Shown piece by piece: positions 37,882 through 48,111 of a DNA stretch of 64,000 nt (position 1 is its first letter; every line of letters starts with the position of its first letter). The notes under the pieces are model-generated. The model saw only the letters and a list, made by a program, of their open reading frames with translations, did no database searches and was not told the origin of the DNA. Source of the stretch: Planctomycetota bacterium (GTDB lineage: Bacteria > Planctomycetota > UBA8108 > SXIK01); NCBI GenBank assembly GCA_965223845.1, contig CBDCXR010000004.1, forward strand, positions 2,272,001-2,336,000. The letters run 5' to 3'. The position numbers and the translations under genes are program-made.

Positions 37882-39498
37882 ATGATCCGGCGGCCTTCGA
37901 GAACGCTCGCACTCTTCGCGGTCTGTATCGCGGCACTCGACCTCTCGCAGCGTGTTCCTTTCATTCCCCCTCTCTCGGCGGCGCCGGGGGATCGTCCGAG
38001 CAAGCCCGCGATCCGTCCCACGATCGACGAGGTGACCGCGACTCTCCAGCGCGAGCGCGAGGAGTCCGTCGAGCGGTTTGCCGATCGTCTGCTCCGGGCC
38101 GCGACCCGCGCGCGCGCGAACGGGTGTCGGCGCGTCGTCCGGCGAGTGGCCGAAGAGCTCGCCCTCGTCGAAGGGATCGTCCGCAGCCGTCTCGATCGGA
38201 CGGTCACCAAAGAACCGGACGCGGGACCCGATTCCTCGGGCCGCGACGACGCGGACGAGTGCGCCCTCGCGAAACGGCTCGCGCTCCGCATCGACGAAGC
38301 GCGTCGCGAGCTCGTACGGGAGCTTGCGGCCTCGATCGAGTGGTCGATCGAGAACGGTGCACCCGGCGCGGCGTTCGAGCTCGCGGTCTCGACGCTCGCC
38401 ATCGATCCGAAGAATGCGAAACTTCGTCGCAGGATCGGTCAGGAGCCCATCTCGGATACCCGCTCCCGGCGCGTTGTCTGGCTCCGACCGTACGAACTCG
38501 GAATGGCCCGATCCGGACGCTTCGATCACCCGCGTTTCGGCTGGGTCACGCCGAGCGAGGCCGAGCGGTACGCTCGAGGCGAACTGCTCGATCGCGGGAC
38601 GTGGCGACCGGCCGCCGATGTGTTCGCACAAAGCGTCCACGGACACCTTTCCACGAAGCTCGAGACCGAAAACTTCGAGCTCTACGCGAACGTCTCGCGC
38701 GATCAAGCGGTTGCGTTCAGTCGAGAGATCGAGCGCATTCACGCCGCGGTCATGCGGGAATGGGGCGATTTCTTCGCGAGGAGCGACGCCGAAGAGACCC
38801 GTCGGCGGATCTTCGGCGGCAAGCGATCGAACGCGCGACGACTGCGCGTTCACCTTCACCGCGACCGGGCATCATTTCGGGCGGAGATCGAATCCGATCC
38901 CCGTCTCCGCGCGCTCGGAAACGTCGCGCTCGCGGCGGAAAGCGCCGGGTTTTATTGGGGCGGGAGCGGACGAGCGTACTTTTGGCTGAACGGTTCGGGA
39001 GACTTCGCGACCGTCTACCACGAAATCACCCACCAGGTGTTCGGCGAAGCGGCCGCGCGCGGGTCACGGCCGCCGACGTGGCTCGCAGAGGGGATCGCCG
39101 TCTACATGGAAGAGGTCGAGCTCCGCGGTTCGCGGGACCAAGGGACGGATCGCTTTGTCGCGGGCCGTCGACCTCCGGCGGGAATCGACCGACTGCGTCG
39201 CGAAGAGGCTCCGCTCCTCCCCTTCCTTCGCCGTGCGCACGACGAACGCGACTTCCACGGCGAGGCGCGCGCCGAGAACTACGATCAAGCGGGGGCGGCG
39301 GTCCACTTCTTTCGCCATCACGCACACGGTGCGCTCCGTCGCGCGTTCGTCCGCTTCGCGCGTCGCGCCTACGATGGTGAATTTCCTAACGAGTCCGAAG
39401 GTCTCCGCGCGCTCACGAGGGAGCTCGGAGTCGAGAACGCGGCGCTCGAATCCGCGTGGACGAAGTTCCTCGCACGCCCCGCGGTAGTCGAGCTTTGA
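37882..39498 (+). CDS. Exported DUF1570 / peptidase MA-like HExxH protein
   Basis: Signal peptide; ETENFEL, AGFY, YHEITHQ and PTWLAEGIAVYME (gluzincin-like pattern). Confidence 0.72.
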   Translation: MIRRPSRTLALFAVCIAALDLSQRVPFIPPLSAAPGDRPSKPAIRPTIDEVTATLQREREESVERFADRLLRAATRARANGCRRVVRRVAEELALVEGIVRSRLDRTVTKEPDAGPDSSGRDDADECALAKRLALRIDEARRELVRELAASIEWSIENGAPGAAFELAVSTLAIDPKNAKLRRRIGQEPISDTRSRRVVWLRPYELGMARSGRFDHPRFGWVTPSEAERYARGELLDRGTWRPAADVFAQSVHGHLSTKLETENFELYANVSRDQAVAFSREIERIHAAVMREWGDFFARSDAEETRRRIFGGKRSNARRLRVHLHRDRASFRAEIESDPRLRALGNVALAAESAGFYWGGSGRAYFWLNGSGDFATVYHEITHQVFGEAAARGSRPPTWLAEGIAVYMEEVELRGSRDQGTDRFVAGRRPPAGIDRLRREEAPLLPFLRRAHDERDFHGEARAENYDQAGAAVHFFRHHAHGALRRAFVRFARRAYDGEFPNESEGLRALTRELGVENAALESAWTKFLARPAVVEL

Positions 39499-39649
39499 CG
39501 CGCGAATCCAAGCGCGTGCCGGCCCCCGGTCGCGCACTCACTCTTCTCGCCCAAAAACTACTGCGATCCGATCGCCCGATGGACGAGAATCGGAAGCCGT
39601 TTGACGGGGACAAACCTTCTCCCCACTCTTCTCACGACAAGAGGTCACC

Positions 39650-41263
39650 ATGCGATTGAAGTGGAGTTGTTTCTCTTCCGGGCGACCGCCGATGCGCACC
39701 ACCGGGCGGCGTCTCGTCATCGGGTTCGTCGCGTGCGGCTGCGTTCTCCTAGAGACGGCTCGCCTCCCGGCTCAGCGCGTTCCCGTCGAGGAGCACGTTC
39801 TCGAGAACGGTCTTCGGCTCCTCCTCGTGCCCCGGCCCGGTTCGCCGAATATCGCCGCCGGTTGGATCGCGCGGGTTGGCTCGGTCAACGAACGTCCGGG
39901 GATCACCGGGATCGCGCATCTCTTCGAACACATGATGTTCAAGGGAACTCACGTCATCGGCACGCGCGACCTCGAGAAGAACCGTGAAGTGATGGCGCAG
40001 CTCGACGCCGTGCGCGAGGAGCTCGCGCGCGAAGACGAGGCGGTCGCAGAGAAGCTCCTGCGGGGCGAGCTCGACGATGCCCCCACGCCTGAGCAGCGCA
40101 CACCGCGCCACAACGAGCTCCTGCAGAAGTTTCGCTCCCTCAACGAAGCCGAACGCGAGCTCACGGTGAAAGATGAGTTCGATCGCGTCTACTCGGCGGC
40201 GGGCGCGTCGGGAATGAACGCAGGCACGACGCGAGACTTCACCGTCTACTTCATCAACGTTCCGACGAACAAGCTCGAGCTCTGGTTCTGGATGGAGTCG
40301 GATCGGCTCCTCAATCCGGTGTTTCGGGAGTTTTACACCGAGCGGGACGTCGTCCGAGAAGAGCGCCGCATGCGCGTTGAAAGCACACCGACGGGGCGAC
40401 TCGACGAACAGTTCGAGGCGCTCTTTTGGAAATCATCGCCCTACGGATGGCCGGTGATCGGTTGGCCGAGCGACGTCGAAGCGATCAGTCGCGAGGAAGC
40501 GCTCGGCTTCTTCAGCGTGTACTACGCGCCGAACAATCTCTCGGCCTGCCTCGTCGGCGACTTCGACCCGAAAGTCGCGCTCGCGCTCGCCGAGCGATAC
40601 TTCGGTCGCCTGCGGCGTGGACCGCGGGAGCCGAGCGCCATCCGCACGACCGAAGTCGAGCCGCTCGGTGAGGTGCGCTTCAGCGCCTCGGCCGAGACGA
40701 GCCCGCAGGTCAAGGTTCGATATCACACGGTTGCGGAGGGACATCGCGACGAGTACGCGCTGTCGCTTCTCGGCGACGTCCTGAGCGGCCGTACCGGTAG
40801 GCTCTACAAATCGCTCGTGCTCGATCAGAAGATCGCGACGCAGACCACGGCGTATCAACGAGGATCGAAGTTCGGCGGCTACTTCGAGATGATCGGCGTC
40901 GGGAAGCCCGGCGAAGACCTGGCGGCCGTGGAAGCGGCGTTGGACGCCGAGCTCGACGAGCTACGGACAGGGCTCGTCGGTGAACGGGAGCTCCAAAAGG
41001 TTAAGAACCAAGTCGAGGCGGCAGAGTTTCGCCGCCTCCGCGCCGACTTCTCGTTGATGCTCGAGCTCCTCATTCGCGAGGCCTACCGCGGCTGGGAGAC
41101 GATCACGACCGACTCCGAGAAGCTTCAGGCCGTGACGGCGGAAGACATTCAGCGCGTCGCGAAGAGGTATCTCGTTCCCGAGCGCCGCGTCGTCGCCACC
41201 TACACGACGAAGACGGCGGACACCAGCCGAGCGACCACGAACCGCGGGGAGGCCAACCGATGA
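39650..41263 (+). CDS. M16 (pitrilysin-family) zinc peptidase, catalytic subunit (alternative start 39692)
   Basis: GSVNERPGITGIAHLFEHMMFKG (HxxEH), NAGTT, ERDVVREERR. Confidence 0.93.
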   Translation: MRLKWSCFSSGRPPMRTTGRRLVIGFVACGCVLLETARLPAQRVPVEEHVLENGLRLLLVPRPGSPNIAAGWIARVGSVNERPGITGIAHLFEHMMFKGTHVIGTRDLEKNREVMAQLDAVREELAREDEAVAEKLLRGELDDAPTPEQRTPRHNELLQKFRSLNEAERELTVKDEFDRVYSAAGASGMNAGTTRDFTVYFINVPTNKLELWFWMESDRLLNPVFREFYTERDVVREERRMRVESTPTGRLDEQFEALFWKSSPYGWPVIGWPSDVEAISREEALGFFSVYYAPNNLSACLVGDFDPKVALALAERYFGRLRRGPREPSAIRTTEVEPLGEVRFSASAETSPQVKVRYHTVAEGHRDEYALSLLGDVLSGRTGRLYKSLVLDQKIATQTTAYQRGSKFGGYFEMIGVGKPGEDLAAVEAALDAELDELRTGLVGERELQKVKNQVEAAEFRRLRADFSLMLELLIREAYRGWETITTDSEKLQAVTAEDIQRVAKRYLVPERRVVATYTTKTADTSRATTNRGEANR

Positions 41264-42819
41264 CCCTTCGAACCCTAGTCGCGAGCGTGGCGACCGTTTC
41301 GCTTCTCTTCCCGAGCTGCGCCGCTGCCGAGAGCGAGACCGAAGCATCGCTCCCGACGCCGGCCACGGCACCGTCGGAGGCCTCAGCCGCCGACGCGGAG
41401 ATCGCCTCCCATCCGCGGGAGCTCGAGTTTCCGCCGCTCAAGTTTTCGCCGCCATCGCGCCTCGAGCACCGCCATCGGCTCACCTCGGGCGCCATCGCGT
41501 ACGTGGTCGAAGATCACTCGCTTCCGCTGGTCGACGTTGAGGTCACGGTGCGCACCGGAAGCTATCTCGAGTCGGCGGAAAAGGCGGGCCTCGCCGGCGC
41601 GGTCGGCTACATGCTGCGAGCCGGCGGCACTCGAGAAACTCCGCCGTCGGCGTTCGATGAGGAGCTCGACTTTCTCGCCGCTCAGATGTCCACGAGCATC
41701 GGGGCGGTTGAAGGATCGGCGTCGTTCAACTGCCTCACGAAAGACCTCGATCGCGTTCTCGCCCTCTTCATGCAGATGATCCGTACGCCCGGCTTCGACG
41801 AAGAGCGCTTTTCCGTCTACCGCGCACAGCTCCTTCAGGCGCTCGAGCGACGGAACGATCGGACTGCCGGCATCGAGTCGCGCGAGTGGGGCCGACTCAT
41901 TCGCGGCGACGAGTTCTTCAGCCTCGACCGAACGACGAAGGCGAGTCTCGAGAGCTGGACCCGAGACGATCTCGCCGCCTTCCACCGTGCGACGTTCCAT
42001 CCGTCGCGCTTCGTGATCGCGGTATCGGGAGACATCGACACGAAGACGATTCTCGAGAAGCTCGACCAGCACCTTACGTCGTGGACAAATGCCGTCGAAG
42101 CGACGCCGATCGAACCGATCCCTGACGCGACGCACAACCCGAAGCCCGGGCTCTACGTCGTCCACAAGGACGGCGTCAACCAGGGGCGGGTGAGCCTGGG
42201 GCACCTCGCAGTCGAGCGCGAACACGCGGACTATGCTCCGCTCATCGTGATGAATCACATCCTCGGCGGCGGAGGGTTTACTTCGCGCATTACTTCACGC
42301 GTGCGGTCCGACAAGGGCCTAGCGTACACCGCGCGATCCGCACTCCAACTCGGCGTCCACTACGCGGGCACGTTTCGCGTGTACTTCCAATCGAAGAGCG
42401 AGTCGGTGGCCGAAGCGACGGCGACGGTGCTCGAGGAGATCGAGCGCATACGCTCGACGCCGATCACCGAGAGCGAGCTCCGGGACGCGAAGCAATACCT
42501 CGTCGGCATCTTCCCGCGCTACTTCTCGTCCGCCGTTCAAGTCGCCGGCACCTTCGCAGACGATGAGTTCACGTCGCGCCCCGCGACCCACTGGGACACC
42601 TATCGGGAGCGAATCGAGAGCGTGACGGTGGCTGACGTCCAGCGCGTCGCGAGGGACCATCTCCACCCCGACCGGCTCGTCATCCTCGCGGTCGGCGATC
42701 GCGACGCGATGCTCGCCGGGAATCCAGACGCCGCCGAATTCCAGCTCCGGAAGCTCGCTCCGGGCGATGCGGTGACCGAGATTCCGCTCCCCGACCCGCT
42801 CGAACTGGTGTATCCCTAG
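41260..42819 (+). CDS. M16-family peptidase, non-catalytic partner subunit (probable lipoprotein)
   Basis: No HxxEH; LGGGGFTSRITSRVRSDKGLAY R/Y motif; ATGA overlap with the catalytic subunit; signal ending FPSC. Confidence 0.88.
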   Translation: MTLRTLVASVATVSLLFPSCAAAESETEASLPTPATAPSEASAADAEIASHPRELEFPPLKFSPPSRLEHRHRLTSGAIAYVVEDHSLPLVDVEVTVRTGSYLESAEKAGLAGAVGYMLRAGGTRETPPSAFDEELDFLAAQMSTSIGAVEGSASFNCLTKDLDRVLALFMQMIRTPGFDEERFSVYRAQLLQALERRNDRTAGIESREWGRLIRGDEFFSLDRTTKASLESWTRDDLAAFHRATFHPSRFVIAVSGDIDTKTILEKLDQHLTSWTNAVEATPIEPIPDATHNPKPGLYVVHKDGVNQGRVSLGHLAVEREHADYAPLIVMNHILGGGGFTSRITSRVRSDKGLAYTARSALQLGVHYAGTFRVYFQSKSESVAEATATVLEEIERIRSTPITESELRDAKQYLVGIFPRYFSSAVQVAGTFADDEFTSRPATHWDTYRERIESVTVADVQRVARDHLHPDRLVILAVGDRDAMLAGNPDAAEFQLRKLAPGDAVTEIPLPDPLELVYP

Positions 42820-42869
42820 CCTGACCGGTTCCCATGCCCATTCGTTCCCGCTTCGCCGTAGGAGCCTCC

Positions 42870-43943
42870 ATGACTCGCCCCGTCACTCGTCGATCGTTCC
42901 TCACCTCGTCCGCCGCGCTCGGCGCCGGCGGTCTCTTGGTCCCTGGAAGAGCCGCCGCGGAGCCGCTTCAAGATGAGTCCGCGAAGGGGTCCGGCTCCGG
43001 ACTTCCGGTTGCGATCTCGAGCGGGAACGGTCTTCGCACCACCGATACGGCGATGCGCCTCATGCGCGAAGGCGCCGACACGCTCGACGCCGCGATCGCG
43101 GGGGTCAACATCGTCGAAGAAGATCCGGACGACATGAGCGTCGGCTACGGTGGTCTCCCCAACGAGGACGGAGTGGTGGAGCTCGATAGCTGCGTGATGC
43201 ACGGCCCGACGTACAACGCGGGTTCGGTCGCGTCGATCCGCGGAATCAAGACGCCGTCGCGCATCGCCAACCTGGTCATGAAGCGCACCGATCACGTCAT
43301 GCTCGTCGGGCCCGGGGCGCAGCGATTCGCGCGAGCACACGGCTACGAGCCCGAGAATCTCCTCACCGAAAAGGCGCGCAAGGCTTGGCTCCGGTGGAAG
43401 GAAGGTCTTTCCGATCGAGACGATTGGCTCACGCCGGAAGAGGCAGCGGCGCCGTACGAGGCCGAACGACAAACCGGGACGATCACCTGTCTAGCTCTGA
43501 GCGATCAGCGCGAGCTCTCGGGCGTCACGACGACGAGCGGACTGGCGTTCAAGATCCCCGGGCGCATCGGCGATTCACCGATCATCGGTGCCGGCCTCTA
43601 CGTCGACAACGACGTTGGCGCCTGCGGCGCGACGGGGCGCGGGGAGGCGGTGATCATCTCGAGCGGCTCGCGCATCGTCGTTGAAAACATGCGTCACGGA
43701 ATGCATCCGCGCGATGCCGTGCGCGACGTGCTGCAGCGCATCGTCAAGCAAACCGTGGACCCACGCCTCCGCACACCGTCGGGTCGGCCGGACTTCGACG
43801 TCATGCTCTACGCCGTCGACAAGCTCGGACGCTACGCCGCCGGTTCGATCTGGAGCGGTCGCAAGTTCGCGGTTCACGACGGCAAGACGAATCGACTCGA
43901 GGAAGGGCTCGCACTCTTCCCGCGGAGTGAGCGGAAGCAGTAA
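42870..43943 (+). CDS. Tat-exported Ntn-hydrolase, glycosylasparaginase / isoaspartyl peptidase family
   Basis: TRRSFL Tat motif; SVGYGGLPN, ELDSCVM, nucleophile GTI, TTTSGL, GRIGDSPIIGAG, ATGRGE. Confidence 0.9.
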   Translation: MTRPVTRRSFLTSSAALGAGGLLVPGRAAAEPLQDESAKGSGSGLPVAISSGNGLRTTDTAMRLMREGADTLDAAIAGVNIVEEDPDDMSVGYGGLPNEDGVVELDSCVMHGPTYNAGSVASIRGIKTPSRIANLVMKRTDHVMLVGPGAQRFARAHGYEPENLLTEKARKAWLRWKEGLSDRDDWLTPEEAAAPYEAERQTGTITCLALSDQRELSGVTTTSGLAFKIPGRIGDSPIIGAGLYVDNDVGACGATGRGEAVIISSGSRIVVENMRHGMHPRDAVRDVLQRIVKQTVDPRLRTPSGRPDFDVMLYAVDKLGRYAAGSIWSGRKFAVHDGKTNRLEEGLALFPRSERKQ

Positions 43944-43951
43944 CTGCTCGC

Positions 43952-44644
43952 ATGCGAGGATCGGTTTTCGTCGTCGGTCTCTTCATCGTCGCGGCGGCGG
44001 CGCTGTGCGCCGGCGCGTGGCTGTGGCGCGGAATGTGGTCGCCGCAGCGTCTCGATGAGGACGTCGCCCTCCTTCAACGAGAGATCGATCTCGCCGCCGC
44101 TCCGGGGGACATCCGTCCCGAACTCGAAGCCGCGCTCGACGAGCTCGCGGCGCACCCGCTGCGCGGAGCGGCGTGGGGTGATCTCGCGATCCTCTGCGAT
44201 CGCGCAGATCTCGTCCCACCGGCACTCTTCGCGTACCGCCAGGCGGGAGAGCTATCGCCGCGGGTGTTCCGCTATCCGTACTTTCGCGGGATTCGACTCG
44301 CCGAGATCGAATCCGCACGCGGGGCGACGCAAGCTCTCGCGGCCTTTCGGCACGCCCTGCGAATCCGTCCGAACGACCCGACGCTCCGGCTTCGGATCGC
44401 TCGCGTCCTTCTCCGCCTCGAAGAATGGGACGAAGCGGAAGCCCTGTTCGACGCGGTCCGCTCGTCCGAGCACCGCGCGGCGGCGACCGTTGGACTCGCG
44501 AGGATCGAGCTCGCTCGCGGAGAGGCTCGCGCCGCCGAAGCGCTGTTCGGATCGATCGGCACCGAACAACTCACCGCGAAGCTCGATGCCGCTATGCGAG
44601 AGCCGATCGTCGACCCCGAGCGCGCATCGATCGCGGCGCCTTAG
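43952..44644 (+). CDS. Membrane-anchored TPR protein
   Basis: N-terminal TM; helical repeats (AYRQAGELSP, FRHALRIRPNDP, GLARIELARG). Confidence 0.65.
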   Translation: MRGSVFVVGLFIVAAAALCAGAWLWRGMWSPQRLDEDVALLQREIDLAAAPGDIRPELEAALDELAAHPLRGAAWGDLAILCDRADLVPPALFAYRQAGELSPRVFRYPYFRGIRLAEIESARGATQALAAFRHALRIRPNDPTLRLRIARVLLRLEEWDEAEALFDAVRSSEHRAAATVGLARIELARGEARAAEALFGSIGTEQLTAKLDAAMREPIVDPERASIAAP

Positions 44645-44745
44645 CCGCCGGTGTCGTTGGCGCTTCCTCGCGCTACATCGTAGTCTTCTCGGTCCAGCGT
44701 CCGCACGCTGATCGACGACGTCGACCCGAGTGTCCGCATTCTCTC

Positions 44746-45183
44746 ATGCTCACCCGTCCGCACCGCCGCTCCGGCTTCACCCTCATCGAGCTGATGATCG
44801 TCGTTGCGATCATCGCGATCATCAGCGCGATCGCGATTCCGAGCCTGCTCAACTCGCGAAAGTCGGCGATCGAAGCCAAGGCGATCGGTACTCTGAAGGC
44901 GATCATCACCGGAAACGAGCAGTACCGGCTTCGCTTCGGCCGCTACGCACCGACGCCGGACATGCTCGGCACTTCGGGAATCGTGCCGGCGATGCAGGCG
45001 CCGAATTTCTTTCCCGAGTACACCGTCGTCGCCTACGCGTCGAACTCGTTCAACTGGGCGATCAGCGTGCGGCCGCAGGATCCGGGAGTGACCGCGGATC
45101 GCTCCTTCTACACGGACGTCACCGGCGTCATCCGCACGCGGAGCGGCGGGCCGGCGACGAGCACCGATCCACCGATCGATTAG
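44746..45183 (+). CDS. Type IV pilin / pseudopilin-like protein
   Basis: RRSG|FTLIELMIVVAIIAIISAIAIP class III signal with Glu at +5. Confidence 0.9.
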   Translation: MLTRPHRRSGFTLIELMIVVAIIAIISAIAIPSLLNSRKSAIEAKAIGTLKAIITGNEQYRLRFGRYAPTPDMLGTSGIVPAMQAPNFFPEYTVVAYASNSFNWAISVRPQDPGVTADRSFYTDVTGVIRTRSGGPATSTDPPID

Positions 45184-45213
45184 CCCGAAGGCGTTGGGGC
45201 TAGCGGGTCGAGT

Positions 45214-46029
45214 TCAACCGCGCCGTTTCACTGCCTCGTAGTAAGCGCGCCACCAACCGCGCGGATCGCGCGAGTCGTCTCCCGGCGGATACTGCGGGCT
45301 TCGGAAGCGGTTGAGGAGTGCCGCGCGGACGACCGCACCGAGCGGGAATCCGCGCCGGCGCCGGAGGCGGACGTCGGATCCACGCCGATTCGGCGCGAGA
45401 CCCGCGGCGACGTCGTCGATCATCACTCCCCGCATTCCTGGGATGTCGTAGCTGACCTCGCCCTCGTCGTCCGCGTGGACGACCGGAGCGAAGACGAGGA
45501 TCCGCAGGTCGCGGATCGATGTCGGCTCGTCGCTATCGACTTCGCGCAGCAGGCGCGGAATGAGCTGCGGCGAGACCTCCCACAGCTCGCGGTAGGCCGC
45601 GTTCGCGTCCTCGGCGTCGCGCGAGCGGAGACGATCGAGATACTCCCCGACGAGCGACTCGATCTCGATTTCGGACATTCGGACCGGGGGATCGCCTTCG
45701 TCATCTCGAGCGGTGTCATCGGAGAGCGAGATCGCGATGGGGTCGGACTCGCGAGTAGCCGTTTCGGCCGGCGTCGGAGTCGTCTCCGCCCGCGCGGTCG
45801 TCGGCGGCGCTCCTTCCGTATTCGGCGGGAGGCTGGACTCGACCCTCGGACTCCCGCGGCGCTGCCCCTCGAGCTCGAGGAAACGGCGCGGCGGCGGCGA
45901 GACGCGCACCTCGTTGAGACGGGCGAACGGATCGTTCTCGGCTGGCTCGGGCGACGCGCACCCACCGAGAAGCATCGACACGCCGAGAACAAACGAGAAG
46001 TTCGAGAACGAGACGGAAGGCGAAGACAT
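45214..46029 (-). CDS. Hypothetical lipoprotein
   Basis: Hydrophobic signal ending LLGGC; Pro/Thr-rich linker; C-terminal helical domain ending WWRAYY. Confidence 0.6.
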   Translation of the reverse strand: MSSPSVSFSNFSFVLGVSMLLGGCASPEPAENDPFARLNEVRVSPPPRRFLELEGQRRGSPRVESSLPPNTEGAPPTTARAETTPTPAETATRESDPIAISLSDDTARDDEGDPPVRMSEIEIESLVGEYLDRLRSRDAEDANAAYRELWEVSPQLIPRLLREVDSDEPTSIRDLRILVFAPVVHADDEGEVSYDIPGMRGVMIDDVAAGLAPNRRGSDVRLRRRRGFPLGAVVRAALLNRFRSPQYPPGDDSRDPRGWWRAYYEAVKRRG

Positions 46030-46229
46030 GAATCGAAGCGAGGAGAGCGTGGAGGAGGCGGGAGGCAGCTCAGAACGGAGCACAGAGCCGAATCGAAATC
46101 GCGTTTCGATGAGTATTGTGGCGATCCGTCGGGTTGTCGACCCCAGTTCGCTCCATCGCGTCTCGTCAGACGGACGAATTCGGCGAAACTTTCGGGCCAA
46201 CTCGGGCTCGCCGGCGGTCGATTCCCCGC

Positions 46230-46940
46230 CTACGGGCGGGCGACTCCCGGTGTGGGCTCACCGGCGTCGGCGTCGGACGCGGCGGGAACGGGCTCTCCTT
46301 CGGCCGGGGACGGTTCCCCGTGGCTGGGTGAGATCGCCGTCAGCACGTGCGGGTTTTTCTCGAGGAGAACGTCGATCAACTCCGCCTTGTAGTCCTCGGG
46401 AACGCTGCTCGCGAAGTACTTGAGAACAAGCGTCGCGTCGTTCACCGAGCGCTCGGTGCGAAAGTACTCCTTGAGGAGATTGTTCGTCTCCACGCGGTGT
46501 GTTTTGAGCTCTGCTTCTCGCTCTCGACGCGTTGTCTCGGCGAGAGCGAGCGCGTCGGTCGCCTCCCCGAGCTTCGTCCGCAGCGCGTCGGAACCCGTGG
46601 TGAGGTCCGTCTCTCGCTGCTTCGCCTGAGCGATCGCGCCCCGAAGCGCCTCGATTTCCGCTTTCGCGGATGTCGCTTCCGTCCGCGATTCGGCGAGAAG
46701 ACGATCGAGCTCGGCCTCGCGCGATTCCGCGCTCGCGAGCTTCTCGCGGAGCTCCGCCGTCGGATCGTCCGTCGCGTCCGGATCGGTCTCCTCGCGGTCA
46801 GACCCAGCGAGGTCGTCGTCCGAAACGACTGACGCGTCCGGCACCGCCCCATCGTCGGACGGAAAGAAATCAAATCCGCACGCCGCCGATAACACCACGC
46901 CCGCTAAGAGACCACAGAGAAAGAAGCCCGAGTTGTTCAT
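46230..46940 (-). CDS. Hypothetical coiled-coil lipoprotein
   Basis: GGGAG RBS; signal ending LSAAC; acidic linker; long heptad-like region. Confidence 0.7.
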   Translation of the reverse strand: MNNSGFFLCGLLAGVVLSAACGFDFFPSDDGAVPDASVVSDDDLAGSDREETDPDATDDPTAELREKLASAESREAELDRLLAESRTEATSAKAEIEALRGAIAQAKQRETDLTTGSDALRTKLGEATDALALAETTRREREAELKTHRVETNNLLKEYFRTERSVNDATLVLKYFASSVPEDYKAELIDVLLEKNPHVLTAISPSHGEPSPAEGEPVPAASDADAGEPTPGVARP

Positions 46941-47427
46941 CGTTCGGCTCCCTCAGCTTGTGTCCACGATCGGCGGCGGCGGTGACCCGCTGGCCGGAGC
47001 TCTTCCGGTGCGAAGCCCCCCTCGCCTGCCTCGAGGACCGTCCTTTCGAACACGCCGGAGTTTCGTGACTCGGCCGTCCGGTCGTTCGCTTCACCTCAGT
47101 TCCGATCGACTGGTTCGAGGCGGGTGCGCGGAGCGCCGCGGCGGGACCGAGCCCCGGCTCGAGACGGGCGCGGATCCGCCCGCTTCGCCGATCGAACTCG
47201 ACCTCTGCCGGCCGAGAGCGGCTCATTATAGGACCGTCCGTGGGGGCGTCCACGCCGTGGCCCGCGATTTTTGGTCGTTCCCCGGTCGAGCCGAAACGCT
47301 ACAATTTCGGGCGTGGCCGGTGTGCAGCGCGTCGACCCGCCGCTCGTGCACGCCGACCGCGGAGTGCGCGTAAAGCGAAATACAACAATACCTTAAGACG
47401 CCTCCCGCACCGGCGAGCACCCTCCCC

Positions 47428-48111
47428 GTGGAGCCTCGAGTGAAGACGAAAGCCGGAAAGTGCGTCCGTTGCCGGGCGAAGAAGGGAAAGCGCGATTGCC
47501 CCGCCCTCGGCGAGGGGATCTGCGCGAGCTGCTGCGCGGAGCACCGCCAGCGCGAGATCGCCTGCCCGGCGAGCTGCCCTCACCTTTCGGGGGAGAACTA
47601 CCAGGCGGAGCGCCGGCAGCATCGGTGGGTTTCCCGCAGCCGCCCGTTTCTCGACCGGCTGCGGCGCCGACTCCGGTCCAAGGATCGATTCGATTTCGCG
47701 CTTCGGATCTACGTCGAGCTCTACGCCTTCTCGCGCTCGCACGGCCGCGTGGACGACAGCGAGATCGCGGACGCCCTCGACGGCCTCGGGCGCCAGCTCG
47801 GGCCAGTCATCCTTCCCGGCCCGACGAGCGATCTCGGGGAATTCCTGCGGACGCGCTTCGAAGAATCGGAATACCTGAGCGAACGTGCGGTCGTCGGTGA
47901 TCGTCACGGCGTCGTGAACGAGCTCGCGTCCCTCATTCGCACACGCCGGACGAGCGGGCACGGGACGCTGATCGACGAGCTCGAAGACGCCTTCGAGGGA
48001 CTCGATCTCGCGACGGATCTCGGCTACGACGGTCCCGTCGAATCGAGCGCGGGGCAACGGCAACGCGGTGGAAGCCCTTCCGGTCTGATCCTCCCGCCCG
48101 ACCTCTCGTGA
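47428..48111 (+). CDS. Uncharacterised protein with Cys-rich N-terminal zinc-finger-like domain
   Basis: CVRC...RDCPAL...ICASCC...IACPASCPHL; C-terminal SGLILP; overlaps the mqnB start. Confidence 0.75.
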   Translation: MEPRVKTKAGKCVRCRAKKGKRDCPALGEGICASCCAEHRQREIACPASCPHLSGENYQAERRQHRWVSRSRPFLDRLRRRLRSKDRFDFALRIYVELYAFSRSHGRVDDSEIADALDGLGRQLGPVILPGPTSDLGEFLRTRFEESEYLSERAVVGDRHGVVNELASLIRTRRTSGHGTLIDELEDAFEGLDLATDLGYDGPVESSAGQRQRGGSPSGLILPPDLS

